From NCBI GenBank assembly GCA_964645205.1, contig CAZYBO010000002.1, positions 182,194 to 246,193 on the forward strand: 64,000 bases of DNA, written 5' to 3'. Of the stretch, positions 41,121 through 49,791 are shown piece by piece (position 1 is the first letter of the stretch; each line of letters starts with the position of its first letter). The notes under the pieces were generated by a model that saw only the letters and a list, made by a program, of their open reading frames with translations, was not told where the DNA came from and searched no databases. The translations under genes and the position numbers were made by a program. Source of the DNA: an uncultured Rickettsiales bacterium. GTDB lineage: Bacteria; Pseudomonadota; Alphaproteobacteria; Rickettsiales; SXRF01.

Positions 41121-41535
41121 TGTCGAAAAACCCAACGAAATAAAACAGATACCGGATGAAGGCTTTCGTCAGGAAAAGAAGAAAGCCGCCGGTAATACTG
41201 ACAAGCTTTCCATAGAAGAAGAAGGCGCGATTGCAGACAGAGCGCTTGATCGCATCAAAGATAGTGAGGATGAAAACGTCCTTGCCCTCCACAAAGTCTT
41301 TCGTTGGGGGATCAAATTCCTTTTCGCCATTGCTTGCGTTGCTCTGATATATATTCTGTTCATGATGTGTTACCTGATATGCAGGCACATAGGATATATT
41401 TCTGCAGATCCGGTAAAGCTAGAACAGCTATTAACAAGTGTTTGGCATGTACTTTCTGGCGCGGCAATAATTAGCTTCGTGCAGCTTCTGGGTTGGCTAT
41501 TAAAAGCTCAGCACGATAAATCAAGACGCAAATAA
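41110..41535 (+). CDS. two-TM membrane protein, candidate toxin partner of the Panacea gene
   Basis: The ATG overlaps the last 11 nt of the upstream gene. Acidic N-terminal region, then hydrophobic helices WGIKFLFAIACVALIYILFMMCYLI and VWHVLSGAAIISFVQLLGWLL, then a basic tail. Confidence 0.55.
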   Translation: MPGDVEKPNEIKQIPDEGFRQEKKKAAGNTDKLSIEEEGAIADRALDRIKDSEDENVLALHKVFRWGIKFLFAIACVALIYILFMMCYLICRHIGYISADPVKLEQLLTSVWHVLSGAAIISFVQLLGWLLKAQHDKSRRK

Positions 41536-41575
41536 TCTATTAAAACAAAAGCCACCTACGATTGCCCGTAAACTT

Positions 41576-41601
41576 CTAGGTGTGCTTGCTACATAATACC
41601 G
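41576..41601. repeat. right terminal inverted repeat
   Basis: CTAGGTGTGCTTGCTACATAATACCG. Confidence 0.8.
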
Positions 41602-41602
41602 C

Positions 41603-42019
41603 TTATTCTTCATCTATATACTGCTTTTCCAGCTTCTCGTGGCGCTCCTGCGCTTCGATGGTCATGGTGGCGATGGGGCGTGCCTGCAGGCGCTTGATGC
41701 CGATAGGGTCGCCGGTTTCTTCGCAGTAGCCGTAGGTGCCGTCGTCGATGCGCTTCAAGGCGGAGTCGATCTTGCCGATGAGTTTCAGGTAGCGGTTGCG
41801 CGTGCGCAGCTCGACGCCCGCTTCGGTTTCCAGCGACGCGCGGTCGGAAAGATCAGGCTCGCGCCAATTTTCTTCCTTCAGGTTGTTGATGGTTTCCTGC
41901 GATTCGGCGATCAGCTCTTCACGCCACGTTGTCAGCTTCTGGCGGAAATAATCCAGCTGCTTGGCGTTCATGTAAGGTTCTTTTTCGGAAGGCTGGTAAG
42001 TCTTGGACATCGTAACCAT
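41603..42019 (-). CDS. dksA: RNA polymerase-binding transcription factor DksA
   Basis: ...LDYFRQKL...DRASLETEAGVELRTRNR...YGYCEETGDPIGIKRLQARP. The start may be MSKTYQ (42010). Confidence 0.9.
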   Translation of the reverse strand: MVTMSKTYQPSEKEPYMNAKQLDYFRQKLTTWREELIAESQETINNLKEENWREPDLSDRASLETEAGVELRTRNRYLKLIGKIDSALKRIDDGTYGYCEETGDPIGIKRLQARPIATMTIEAQERHEKLEKQYIDEE

Positions 42020-42145
42020 TACTCCTCGCTGATTAAAAGTTCGGGCTGTATAGCCAAAACCCCGTAAAAAGGCAACTGTAACCTGAGTAATAACGGTTGC
42101 GCAACGGATATTTGGGTGTATCCGTGCAGGACATAAAAATAAGCA

Positions 42146-42946
42146 TTAACTTGCAATTGGTTGCATGGTGCGCGGGGGCATGCGGTGATAGCAGCCGAGC
42201 GCAATCGCAAGCGCGCCAAGCAGCAGTAATTGCAAAATAGAAATGAGCGAAATGCCAGCCTTTTCATAAGCATATGAAGGGATAGCGGGCAGGGCGGCTT
42301 CGACGCGCAATTTTTCGCGTTTGCCGACAGGTTTGGCGTCGGTGAAAGTAAACGTATGCTGATCCGACCATACGCCTGCGGCAGGACGCACCTGTTCGCC
42401 GGTTACAAGAAAACGATAGTCGCTGATATTGATCGACGCGGGAAAATGAACGCGCACCGTAGGCTTTGCGATCGGGTCGGTCCAATGATTGCTGAGTACG
42501 ATCCATGACCACGGTGAATCGTGGCGCGGAAAGTCGGTGAGGCCGGTGATACGGTAGCGCAGCGTGTAGCTGTAGCGGTAATCGTCCGACAGGGGCTTGG
42601 TGCGCTTGCCGAAAAACAGGCGTTTCTTGTCTTTGTAATATTTGACGATGTAGGGCACGCGCTCGCCCTCGCGGTCAACCTGAAGAATGTCGCTGTGCAC
42701 TCGCACCAGTCTGCCGGAAGCGTCCAGCCGGAAGGCGGGGAAATCACGGAACATGCCGGGCTCCTTAAGGCGGCCTTTATTCTCGACCACATAATGCTCA
42801 GACACGTCCATGCTTCCGTCCTCGTGCAGGGTGACATCGCTGGTGAAGGCGGTGACGGGGGCTTTTTCAGCGGCGAAAGCGGGAAGGGACATAAGAAGGA
42901 TGATCATTCCCGCGCAGGCAGGAATGTTGAACCTGCCGTCAGTCAT
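42146..42946 (-). CDS. DUF2207-like exported/membrane protein
   Basis: Signal peptide, a beta-rich domain and a C-terminal TM. Resembles the DUF2207 N-terminal region; tentative. Confidence 0.5.
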   Translation of the reverse strand: MTDGRFNIPACAGMIILLMSLPAFAAEKAPVTAFTSDVTLHEDGSMDVSEHYVVENKGRLKEPGMFRDFPAFRLDASGRLVRVHSDILQVDREGERVPYIVKYYKDKKRLFFGKRTKPLSDDYRYSYTLRYRITGLTDFPRHDSPWSWIVLSNHWTDPIAKPTVRVHFPASINISDYRFLVTGEQVRPAAGVWSDQHTFTFTDAKPVGKREKLRVEAALPAIPSYAYEKAGISLISILQLLLLGALAIALGCYHRMPPRTMQPIAS

Positions 42947-43385
42947 GGTGCGTGTCGGCGGCTTTTTGCAGCTTGGCCAGCTCGACCGCCACGCGCAGCT
43001 CGATCTCTTCGATGATGTCGATAAGTGCCGGGTCGCTCACCGTGTGTTTTTGTTGCGCAAGCTGGCGGTCGAGATCGTGCATCATATGTGCGGGGATGGC
43101 GCCGATCAAAAGCTGGCGGCGCAGTGATTCCAGCACATCGAGCATGGATTTGCCCTGCTGCGCGAGCTTTTTGCGATTGACTTCCTCGCCGGAGAGTTCC
43201 TGCAGCGCCAGCATGTTGGCGACCGAAGCGGTCTGCGCGACATCGGCGGTCTGGAGGGCGGGGGCGGTGTCATCCGCGCCGGACGCGTCGAGTATGTCGG
43301 AAAAAGACGACACGGAGCTGCTTGCGCCGCGCTTTCTGACATTGCTTGCTGGTTTGATCGGGTTGTAGCCCGTGACCTTGATCAT
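42939..43385 (-). CDS. fliX: flagellar assembly regulator FliX
   Basis: Internal start MIKVTGYNPI. ...MLALQE...MLDVLESL...IIEEIELRVAVELAKL parallels Caulobacter FliX as I recall it, and the gene is divergent from flgI as in Caulobacter. Confidence 0.7.
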   Translation of the reverse strand: MIKVTGYNPIKPASNVRKRGASSSVSSFSDILDASGADDTAPALQTADVAQTASVANMLALQELSGEEVNRKKLAQQGKSMLDVLESLRRQLLIGAIPAHMMHDLDRQLAQQKHTVSDPALIDIIEEIELRVAVELAKLQKAADTHHD

Positions 43386-43561
43386 GAACTGATTATATAG
43401 CGCAAGATTTAACGCCATGTAAACGATTGCCTGCACCGCAGATGAAAATGCGCAGGCAAAAAATGCCTAGCCAATTTTATTCCTGCTCCCGCGCGGCTGC
43501 CGACGCGGCAAATATTCGCGTAATGCGCTGAAATAACGCCGCTATTTTTGGGCACGGAAAG

Positions 43562-43577
43562 TGGCACGCAAATCGCA
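43562..43577 (+). promoter_or_regulatory. sigma54 (-24/-12) promoter candidate for flgI
   Basis: TGGCAC-gcaaa-TCGCA, about 42 nt upstream of the flgI ATG (consensus TGGCAC-N5-TTGCA). Confidence 0.55.
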
Positions 43578-43618
43578 AGGGTACCCGCATCGATATTTAG
43601 CTGTGAGGAATTTTTGTT

Positions 43619-44770
43619 ATGCGTCACCTGTCATTTACGAGCCGCGTCGGAGTGGTTGCCAGCGTATTGGCGATGGCCGCTTCCATGTTGCCGGTCTATT
43701 CCGCAGCCGCCAGTTCCGAGGCGCGCCTGAAGGACATCGTAACGTTTGAAGGCGTGCGCGAGAATATCCTGATGGGCTACGGGCTGGTCGTGGGCTTGAA
43801 CGGCACCGGCGACAAGCTGAAGAACAACGCCTTTACCGAGCAAAGCCTGATCGCGTTCTTGGAGCGTCAGGGCGTGAATACGCGCGGCACCGAACTCAAG
43901 ACCAAGAACGTCGCCGCCGTGACGATCACCGCCACCCTGCCGCCGTTTGCGCGCAGTGGCGGCCGTGTTGACGTAACGGTGAGCGCTATGGGCGATGCGA
44001 AGGATTTAACCGGCGGCATGCTGCTGGCCACGCCGCTTTACGGTGCGGACGGCGAGGTATACGCGGTTGCGCAAGGCTCGATCTCCATCGGCGGCTTCAA
44101 GGCTTCCAGCGATTCGGGATCGACCACCGTCACCAAGGGCGTACCTACCTCGGGCTTTATTTCCAACGGTGCGATTATCGAAAAAGAAATCGCCTTCGCG
44201 CTTAACGATATGCCGGAGCTTAAAATGGCGCTGCGCAATCCTGATATTTCCACCGCGCAGCATGTGGCCGAGGCGATCAACGCGCAGATCGGGCCTGGCG
44301 TGGCGTCGGTGACCGATCCCGGCACCATCGTGCTGGCCGTGCCTGCCGTATACCAGAACAACACCACGCAATTGCTTGCCGATATTGAGAAGCTGACGGT
44401 GGAAACCGATCAGGTGGCGCGCATCGTTGTGGACGAAGCGTCAGGCACCATCGTGATGGGCGAGAATGTGCGCATCGATACGGTGGCGGTGGCGCAGGGT
44501 AACCTGATCGTGCGCATCGAGGAAAAGCCGCAAGTGTCGCAGCCGCTTCCGTTCGCGCCGGAAGGAGCGGAAACCGTCACGACCACGACGACGGACGTTT
44601 CCGTGGACGAAAGCCCCGGCAAGCGCATGGCGGTGCTCGCAGGCGGCGCTACGCTGAAAGATCTGGTGGCGGGGCTCAATGCGCTGGGCGTAGGGCCGCG
44701 CGACCTCATCACCATCTTGCAAACCATCAAGGCGGCCGGCGCATTGCAGGCCGACATCCAGACCAAGTAG
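43619..44770 (+). CDS. flgI: flagellar P-ring protein FlgI
   Basis: Signal peptide, RLKDIVTFEGVRENILMGYGLVVGLNGTGD, and C-terminus LITILQTIKAAGALQADIQ. Confidence 0.9.
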   Translation: MRHLSFTSRVGVVASVLAMAASMLPVYSAAASSEARLKDIVTFEGVRENILMGYGLVVGLNGTGDKLKNNAFTEQSLIAFLERQGVNTRGTELKTKNVAAVTITATLPPFARSGGRVDVTVSAMGDAKDLTGGMLLATPLYGADGEVYAVAQGSISIGGFKASSDSGSTTVTKGVPTSGFISNGAIIEKEIAFALNDMPELKMALRNPDISTAQHVAEAINAQIGPGVASVTDPGTIVLAVPAVYQNNTTQLLADIEKLTVETDQVARIVVDEASGTIVMGENVRIDTVAVAQGNLIVRIEEKPQVSQPLPFAPEGAETVTTTTTDVSVDESPGKRMAVLAGGATLKDLVAGLNALGVGPRDLITILQTIKAAGALQADIQTK

Positions 44771-44778
44771 AGGGCATT

Positions 44779-45123
44779 ATGATCGCATCCGCTAACATTT
44801 CGGCGCTTTTCGGTTCCGCTTCGCAGGCGCCCGCCGACGCCGCCATGCGCCTGCAGGGAGCGGCGCTGTTGAACAAGCGCGCCCCGATGAGCAGCGATCA
44901 GGCGGAAGCGGCGGCCAAGGATTTCGAATCGATGTTCATCGGCCAGATGCTTGAGCAGATGTTCGGCGAATCGCAGGGCGAGGAGGCGTTCGGGGATAAG
45001 GATACGGACGAAGTCTATAAGAGCCTGATGATGGACGAATACGGCAAGCAGATCGCCAAGTCCGGTGGCATAGGAATTGCTAGTTATGTAACAAGGGAAT
45101 TGCTTAAATTACAGGAGATGTAA
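44779..45123 (+). CDS. flgJ: rod-binding protein (FlgJ N-terminal domain only)
   Basis: AAKDFESMFIGQMLEQMF rod-binding motif. 114 aa with no muramidase domain. Confidence 0.75.
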   Translation: MIASANISALFGSASQAPADAAMRLQGAALLNKRAPMSSDQAEAAAKDFESMFIGQMLEQMFGESQGEEAFGDKDTDEVYKSLMMDEYGKQIAKSGGIGIASYVTRELLKLQEM

Positions 45124-45124
45124 G

Positions 45125-45580
45125 ATGGCCAGTGAATTAAGAACTGCGGAAAATCAGCAAGTTAAGATAAAAGACGTCATGACATTGACGGCGCGTCTGG
45201 CGCAATTGCTGGCGCAGGAGGTGGATTTGCTCGCTGAAATGAAAATGAGCAAGATCGAAGCCCTACAGCAGGAAAAATTGTTCCTTATCAGCGCGCTGGA
45301 TGCGCAACGCAAGCTGGTGGCGAAAAACCCGCACGGGATGGAAACCATTCCCTCGCAGGACAAGAAGGATTTGCAGGAAGTGGTGGACGTATTCAATGAG
45401 ATTCTCGAAGAAAACCACCGCAAGCTGCTGATCGCTAAGGAAGTGAACCATAAAATCGTGCAGGCGATTACCGATGTGGTCAAAGACCATACCGTAAGCA
45501 AAGTCTATGACGGGCGCGGCACCAGCGGCATGGCGGCTCCCTACCAGACTCTGTCGGTGACGCTTGATCAGACGATCTGA
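45125..45580 (+). CDS. FlgN-like flagellar export chaperone (tentative)
   Basis: 151-aa helical protein between flgJ and flgK. LLAQEVDLLAEMKMSKIEALQQEK resembles the FlgN pattern. Confidence 0.4.
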   Translation: MASELRTAENQQVKIKDVMTLTARLAQLLAQEVDLLAEMKMSKIEALQQEKLFLISALDAQRKLVAKNPHGMETIPSQDKKDLQEVVDVFNEILEENHRKLLIAKEVNHKIVQAITDVVKDHTVSKVYDGRGTSGMAAPYQTLSVTLDQTI

Positions 45581-45596
45581 GTTTTAGGAGTACACT

Positions 45597-48314
45597 GTGA
45601 GCCTAGTCCTTGCACTGAATAACGCGCTGACGGGGATGAATATCAGCCAGCAATCGCTGGCGGTGCTCTCCCAGAATATCGCCAACGCCAACACGCAGGG
45701 TTACAGCCGCAAGGTCGTCGACCAGCAGGCGATCTATCTCGGCGGCAACGGCGCGGGCGTCAGCATCGCCGACATCACGCGCAAGGTGGACGGCTATCTG
45801 CAGAAATCCGTGCGCCTGCAATCTTCGACCAACGGCAAGGCGGAAGCGGTCAGCGACTACATGGATCGCACGCAGCTCCTGCTCGGCAAACCCGGCAGCG
45901 TCAACAACATCAACGCCTATATCGGCAATTATTTCAATTCGCTGCAATCGCTGGCGCAGACGCCGGAAAACACGACCCTGCGTGTAAACGCGGTCAATTC
46001 CGCCTCCACGATGGCGCAGCAGATCAGCCAGCTTGCAAGCGACCTTCAGGAATTGCGCTACCAGGCCGATCAGGACATCAAGCGCGCCGTGGACACCATC
46101 AACGAGAACATCGTCAACCTGCATGCGCTGAACGAAACGATCAGCAACGCGCTCGCCATCGGCAGGCCGGTCACCGAACTGCTCGACCGCCGCGATGAAT
46201 TGATGAACGACATCGCGCAGTATATCGACATCCAGACCTACGAAAAAACTAACGGCCGGATGAATATTTTTACCGCCAACGGCATAAGCCTGCTCGACGA
46301 AAGCATTTACCAACTCACCTATAATCCCGTGCCCTCAGCGGAAGCGCTGGCGGAAAACCCGGTGCTCGCGCCGGTTTTGCTCTACCGTACGGACGATAGC
46401 GGTAATCTTGTCGGCAACCCCACCCAACTGGTGACCGGCGGAAAAAGCAACACGATCGTCACTCCGCTGCAAAGCGGAAAGCTCAAGGGCATGGTGGAAA
46501 TGCGCGACCGCGACATTCCCAATATGCTGAACCAGCTCGACCAGCTCGCTGCCAATATGCGCGACCAGATCAACGCAGTGCATAATCGCGGTGTAAGTTT
46601 CCCAGGCAACCCCAGCCTTACCGGTACGCGTGCGGTCTATGCGGAGGATTTCAGCCAATGGACGGGCGAGATGCGTCTTGCGCTGCTGGGCAAGGACGGC
46701 GCGCCGATTCCTTCTCCCTACGAAGACGAAACGTCCGGCATGCGTCCGCTCACGCTCGACCTGTCCACGCTCAACACCGGCAACGGCGCGGGCTACCCGT
46801 CGGTGGAAGGCATCATCAACGAAATCAACCAGTATTACGGCATTCCGCAGAACAAGGCGGTCGTCGGCAACCTGAACAATATCCGCCTCGCCTCGAACAC
46901 GGAATCGCTTCCCGGCTCGCCGCCGCAATTCAGTTTCGACCTCGACATCGAAAATATTTCTGCCGTTCCCGCCAACGTATTCGTGACCAACGTGCAGGTG
47001 CTCGATAGCCTCGGCGCGGCGATGACTCCGCAAACCAGCGGCGTGCCCACGGTGGCGATCGACCCGAGCAGCAGTTTTGTCACCACCGCCGGCAGCAATG
47101 TCGTGACCGTCAACACCACGGCGGCGCACGGGTTCGATAACGGCGACAAAATCTATCTCTCCGATCCGGGCGCCGATGTGGACGGCATCCCGCAGGAAGA
47201 TTTCAACCGCTTCTTCACCATCGCTAACGTCACCCCCACCAGTTTCGAGATCATCGTGGACGGTGACGCCACCGCCGGCGGCACGTTCGGCGTGGCCGGG
47301 CAGACGGCGACGCCTTCTTACGTCACGGTAGAGCCGGGCGAATACGGACGCACGGGGGCGAACGGCTATATCACCACCAGCCTAGGCGATAACAGTTCCT
47401 CGCCGTACTACCTCGTCAAGGTGGATGTGGCGGTCGATGACGGCGACGGCGATTTCAGCCGCGCGCAGCTCACCTACCGCATTTTCAACAACCAGTCGAA
47501 CATGCTCAACGACCGCACCTCGGTCGAAAACGTCACCGGCAACGGACAAATGGTGCTGCCCAACACGACGCAGGCGATGGCGCGCGCCATGCTGGTGGAT
47601 GAAAACGGCGTTGAACTGCCGCGCTTCGGCGGCCAGTATACGACGCTGAAACAGGGCTACCTTAAAATTCAAACCCTCTCCGGCGACACCGTGATGGCGC
47701 TCGACAGCCTCGACAGCGTCGAGCAGGGCAAGCCGAACAGCGCGCCGCCGGTCGTAGGCACGGGGCGTGGCTTCTCGCATTTTTTCGAGCTGAACAATTT
47801 TTTTGAAACTGCCGGCACCGATGATCCTATTGCATCGGTGACCAACAGCGCGCTCAATTTGAAGGTCGAGCAGCGCCTGATCGACAATCCCAACCTGATT
47901 TCGCTCGGCACCCTCATTCGCAGTGCGGCGCCCTCCAATTCGTCGCTGCCGCCGCTTTACACCTATGAGCGTAATATCGGCGACAACAGTTTCATTCAAC
48001 AGATGGCGGCGTTTAACGGCCAGCTTGTGGATTTTCCGGCGACCGGCGGTCTCGGCCAGACGCGCCAGACCTTCAGCGGCTATGCCGGACAGATCATCGG
48101 CGCGGCCTCGACCAATGCGGCGAGCGCGCAAAGCACCAGGGAAAACGCTAAAATCCTCATGGATGGATTCGCGGCGCGCTCGGATTCGATCAGCGGCGTC
48201 AACCTCGACGAAGAGCTGGCGAACACGATTATCTACCAGAACGCGTACACGGCTTCCACGCGGGTAATCACGGTGGCCAACGAATTGTTCGATACGTTGA
48301 TTCAGGCGTTTTAG
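45597..48314 (+). CDS. flgK: flagellar hook-associated protein 1 FlgK (enlarged, 905 aa)
   Basis: GTG start. N-terminus LNNALTGMNISQQSLAVLSQNIANANTQGYSR; C-terminus VNLDEELANTIIYQNAYTASTRVI. Confidence 0.85.
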   Translation: MSLVLALNNALTGMNISQQSLAVLSQNIANANTQGYSRKVVDQQAIYLGGNGAGVSIADITRKVDGYLQKSVRLQSSTNGKAEAVSDYMDRTQLLLGKPGSVNNINAYIGNYFNSLQSLAQTPENTTLRVNAVNSASTMAQQISQLASDLQELRYQADQDIKRAVDTINENIVNLHALNETISNALAIGRPVTELLDRRDELMNDIAQYIDIQTYEKTNGRMNIFTANGISLLDESIYQLTYNPVPSAEALAENPVLAPVLLYRTDDSGNLVGNPTQLVTGGKSNTIVTPLQSGKLKGMVEMRDRDIPNMLNQLDQLAANMRDQINAVHNRGVSFPGNPSLTGTRAVYAEDFSQWTGEMRLALLGKDGAPIPSPYEDETSGMRPLTLDLSTLNTGNGAGYPSVEGIINEINQYYGIPQNKAVVGNLNNIRLASNTESLPGSPPQFSFDLDIENISAVPANVFVTNVQVLDSLGAAMTPQTSGVPTVAIDPSSSFVTTAGSNVVTVNTTAAHGFDNGDKIYLSDPGADVDGIPQEDFNRFFTIANVTPTSFEIIVDGDATAGGTFGVAGQTATPSYVTVEPGEYGRTGANGYITTSLGDNSSSPYYLVKVDVAVDDGDGDFSRAQLTYRIFNNQSNMLNDRTSVENVTGNGQMVLPNTTQAMARAMLVDENGVELPRFGGQYTTLKQGYLKIQTLSGDTVMALDSLDSVEQGKPNSAPPVVGTGRGFSHFFELNNFFETAGTDDPIASVTNSALNLKVEQRLIDNPNLISLGTLIRSAAPSNSSLPPLYTYERNIGDNSFIQQMAAFNGQLVDFPATGGLGQTRQTFSGYAGQIIGAASTNAASAQSTRENAKILMDGFAARSDSISGVNLDEELANTIIYQNAYTASTRVITVANELFDTLIQAF

Positions 48315-48337
48315 ATGAGAGAAAACAGGAGTAGCCT

Positions 48338-49249
48338 ATGACATTCGGCCGGATCAGTACCTACGCGATATTCCAGTCCACGCTTAAGGACGCAAGCCGC
48401 GTGCAGTCCGAACTTTTCAACCTTCAGACGCAGCTTTCCAGCGGGCAGAAAGCGCAGAATTTTGAGGGCATATCGGGGCAGGCCGAGCAGTTTATGGAAC
48501 TAGAGGCGAAAATTTCCAAAACCGACCTGTACGTCACCAGCAATAAAATGGTGCAATCGCGCATCGATACGACCAGTTCCGTATTGGGGCAGATCATCGA
48601 TTCCGGCACCAACCTGAAAAACATCATCCTCTCGCGCAGGAATAACCTGCAGAACGACGACGGCAATTTTAAAGAACAGCTACGCGGCCAGTGGAAAGCG
48701 CTGGTCGGTCAGCTCAATACCAATACGGAAGGCCGTTACCTGTTTTCAGGTTCACGCACCGACGTACCCGCCGTAGATGGCGAGCTTTTCCCGCAGGTTG
48801 CCGCCGACGGCCAGCCTGACGACGCCTATTATACCGGCAGCAAGCAGGATGTGACCGTGCGCGTGCAGGACGGCGTGGAGCTGATTTATAACGTGCGCGC
48901 CGACCATCCGGGATTCCAGAAGATTTTTGCAGGTCTGGCAATGGCGGACGACGGCGATAGCACCAATGACGACAGCAAGTTGGCGCAGGCTTACGATCTG
49001 GTGCAGCAGGGCGTGCAGGAAGTTACCAGCGCGCAGGCAAAGATTAACGCCGACACGGTTGCCATCGACCAGATCAACGAACGCCATAACACCCTGAAAG
49101 TCTACTGGAAGGGTGTCAAGGAGGATATCGGCAACACCGACATTGTATCGGCCTCCACGCAGGTTGCCATTAACCAAGGGATATTGACGGCGGCGTTTCA
49201 GGCCTTCGCCAAAATTAATTCCTTGAGGCTTTCAGAGTTTTTACGCTAG
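48338..49249 (+). CDS. flgL: flagellar hook-associated protein 3 FlgL
   Basis: Flagellin-like N- and C-termini, positioned after flgK. Confidence 0.8.
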   Translation: MTFGRISTYAIFQSTLKDASRVQSELFNLQTQLSSGQKAQNFEGISGQAEQFMELEAKISKTDLYVTSNKMVQSRIDTTSSVLGQIIDSGTNLKNIILSRRNNLQNDDGNFKEQLRGQWKALVGQLNTNTEGRYLFSGSRTDVPAVDGELFPQVAADGQPDDAYYTGSKQDVTVRVQDGVELIYNVRADHPGFQKIFAGLAMADDGDSTNDDSKLAQAYDLVQQGVQEVTSAQAKINADTVAIDQINERHNTLKVYWKGVKEDIGNTDIVSASTQVAINQGILTAAFQAFAKINSLRLSEFLR

Positions 49250-49266
49250 ATTAGGGAAATGATGAT

Positions 49267-49788
49267 ATGATGCATAGCAGTATCGCAGGTAAGGAACTAC
49301 CCATCCACATGGTCAACCAGTCGGCACTGATTCACGGGGCGTCCTCAGACGGCTCCAAGACGGAAACGATCACCACCCGTTTCGGTGAGGTGACGGTGGA
49401 TCTCGGCAAAGCCATCATGTTTCCGCGCGGGCTGTTGGGCATTCCCGACAAATCCCAGTTTATTCTCGCGAAGTTCCCGAGCGAGAAAATGCAGCAATTC
49501 ACCATGCTGCAATCGCTCGACGATCTGGCGCTGTCGTTCATCACCCTGCCTATCAACATGGAAAACGCCATTGTCGCCGCCAGCGACATCAAGGCGGCGT
49601 GCGCGGATCTGCAGATTGCGGAAGCCAACCTCGCCATGCTGCTGATGGTGTCGGTGCACCGCTATCCCGATCAGGTGCGCCTGTCGGTCAACGCGCGCGC
49701 GCCGATCATGATCGACGCCGAGCGCAAGCTCGCCGTGCAGTACGTGTTCCAGAACGACGCCTATAAAGTCCAGCACATGCTAGGGTAG
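49267..49788 (+). CDS. fliW: flagellar assembly factor FliW
   Basis: TRFGEVTVDLGKAIMFPRGLLGIPDKSQFIL...FTMLQSLDD. The true start may be 49309 (MVNQ). Confidence 0.8.
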   Translation: MMHSSIAGKELPIHMVNQSALIHGASSDGSKTETITTRFGEVTVDLGKAIMFPRGLLGIPDKSQFILAKFPSEKMQQFTMLQSLDDLALSFITLPINMENAIVAASDIKAACADLQIAEANLAMLLMVSVHRYPDQVRLSVNARAPIMIDAERKLAVQYVFQNDAYKVQHMLG

Positions 49789-49791
49789 GGC

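Larger units (their letters stand above)
37994..41601. mobile_element. IS1595-family transposon (about 3.6 kb) carrying passenger genes
   Basis: Perfect 26-bp terminal inverted repeats CGGTATTATGTAGCAAGCACACCTAG, flanked by the 8-bp direct repeat CTTATTCT (37986-37993 and 41602-41609). Contains an internal IS1595-type transposase. The interior is visibly AT-richer than the flanks. Confidence 0.8.

Noticed and set aside
43409-43424. CtrA-box-like TTAA-N7-TAAAC just upstream of fliX
   Set aside because: One half-site is mismatched, and it lies only about 25-40 nt from the chosen fliX ATG, which leaves little room for a promoter and leader. TTAA pairs also arise easily by chance in an AT-rich spacer.
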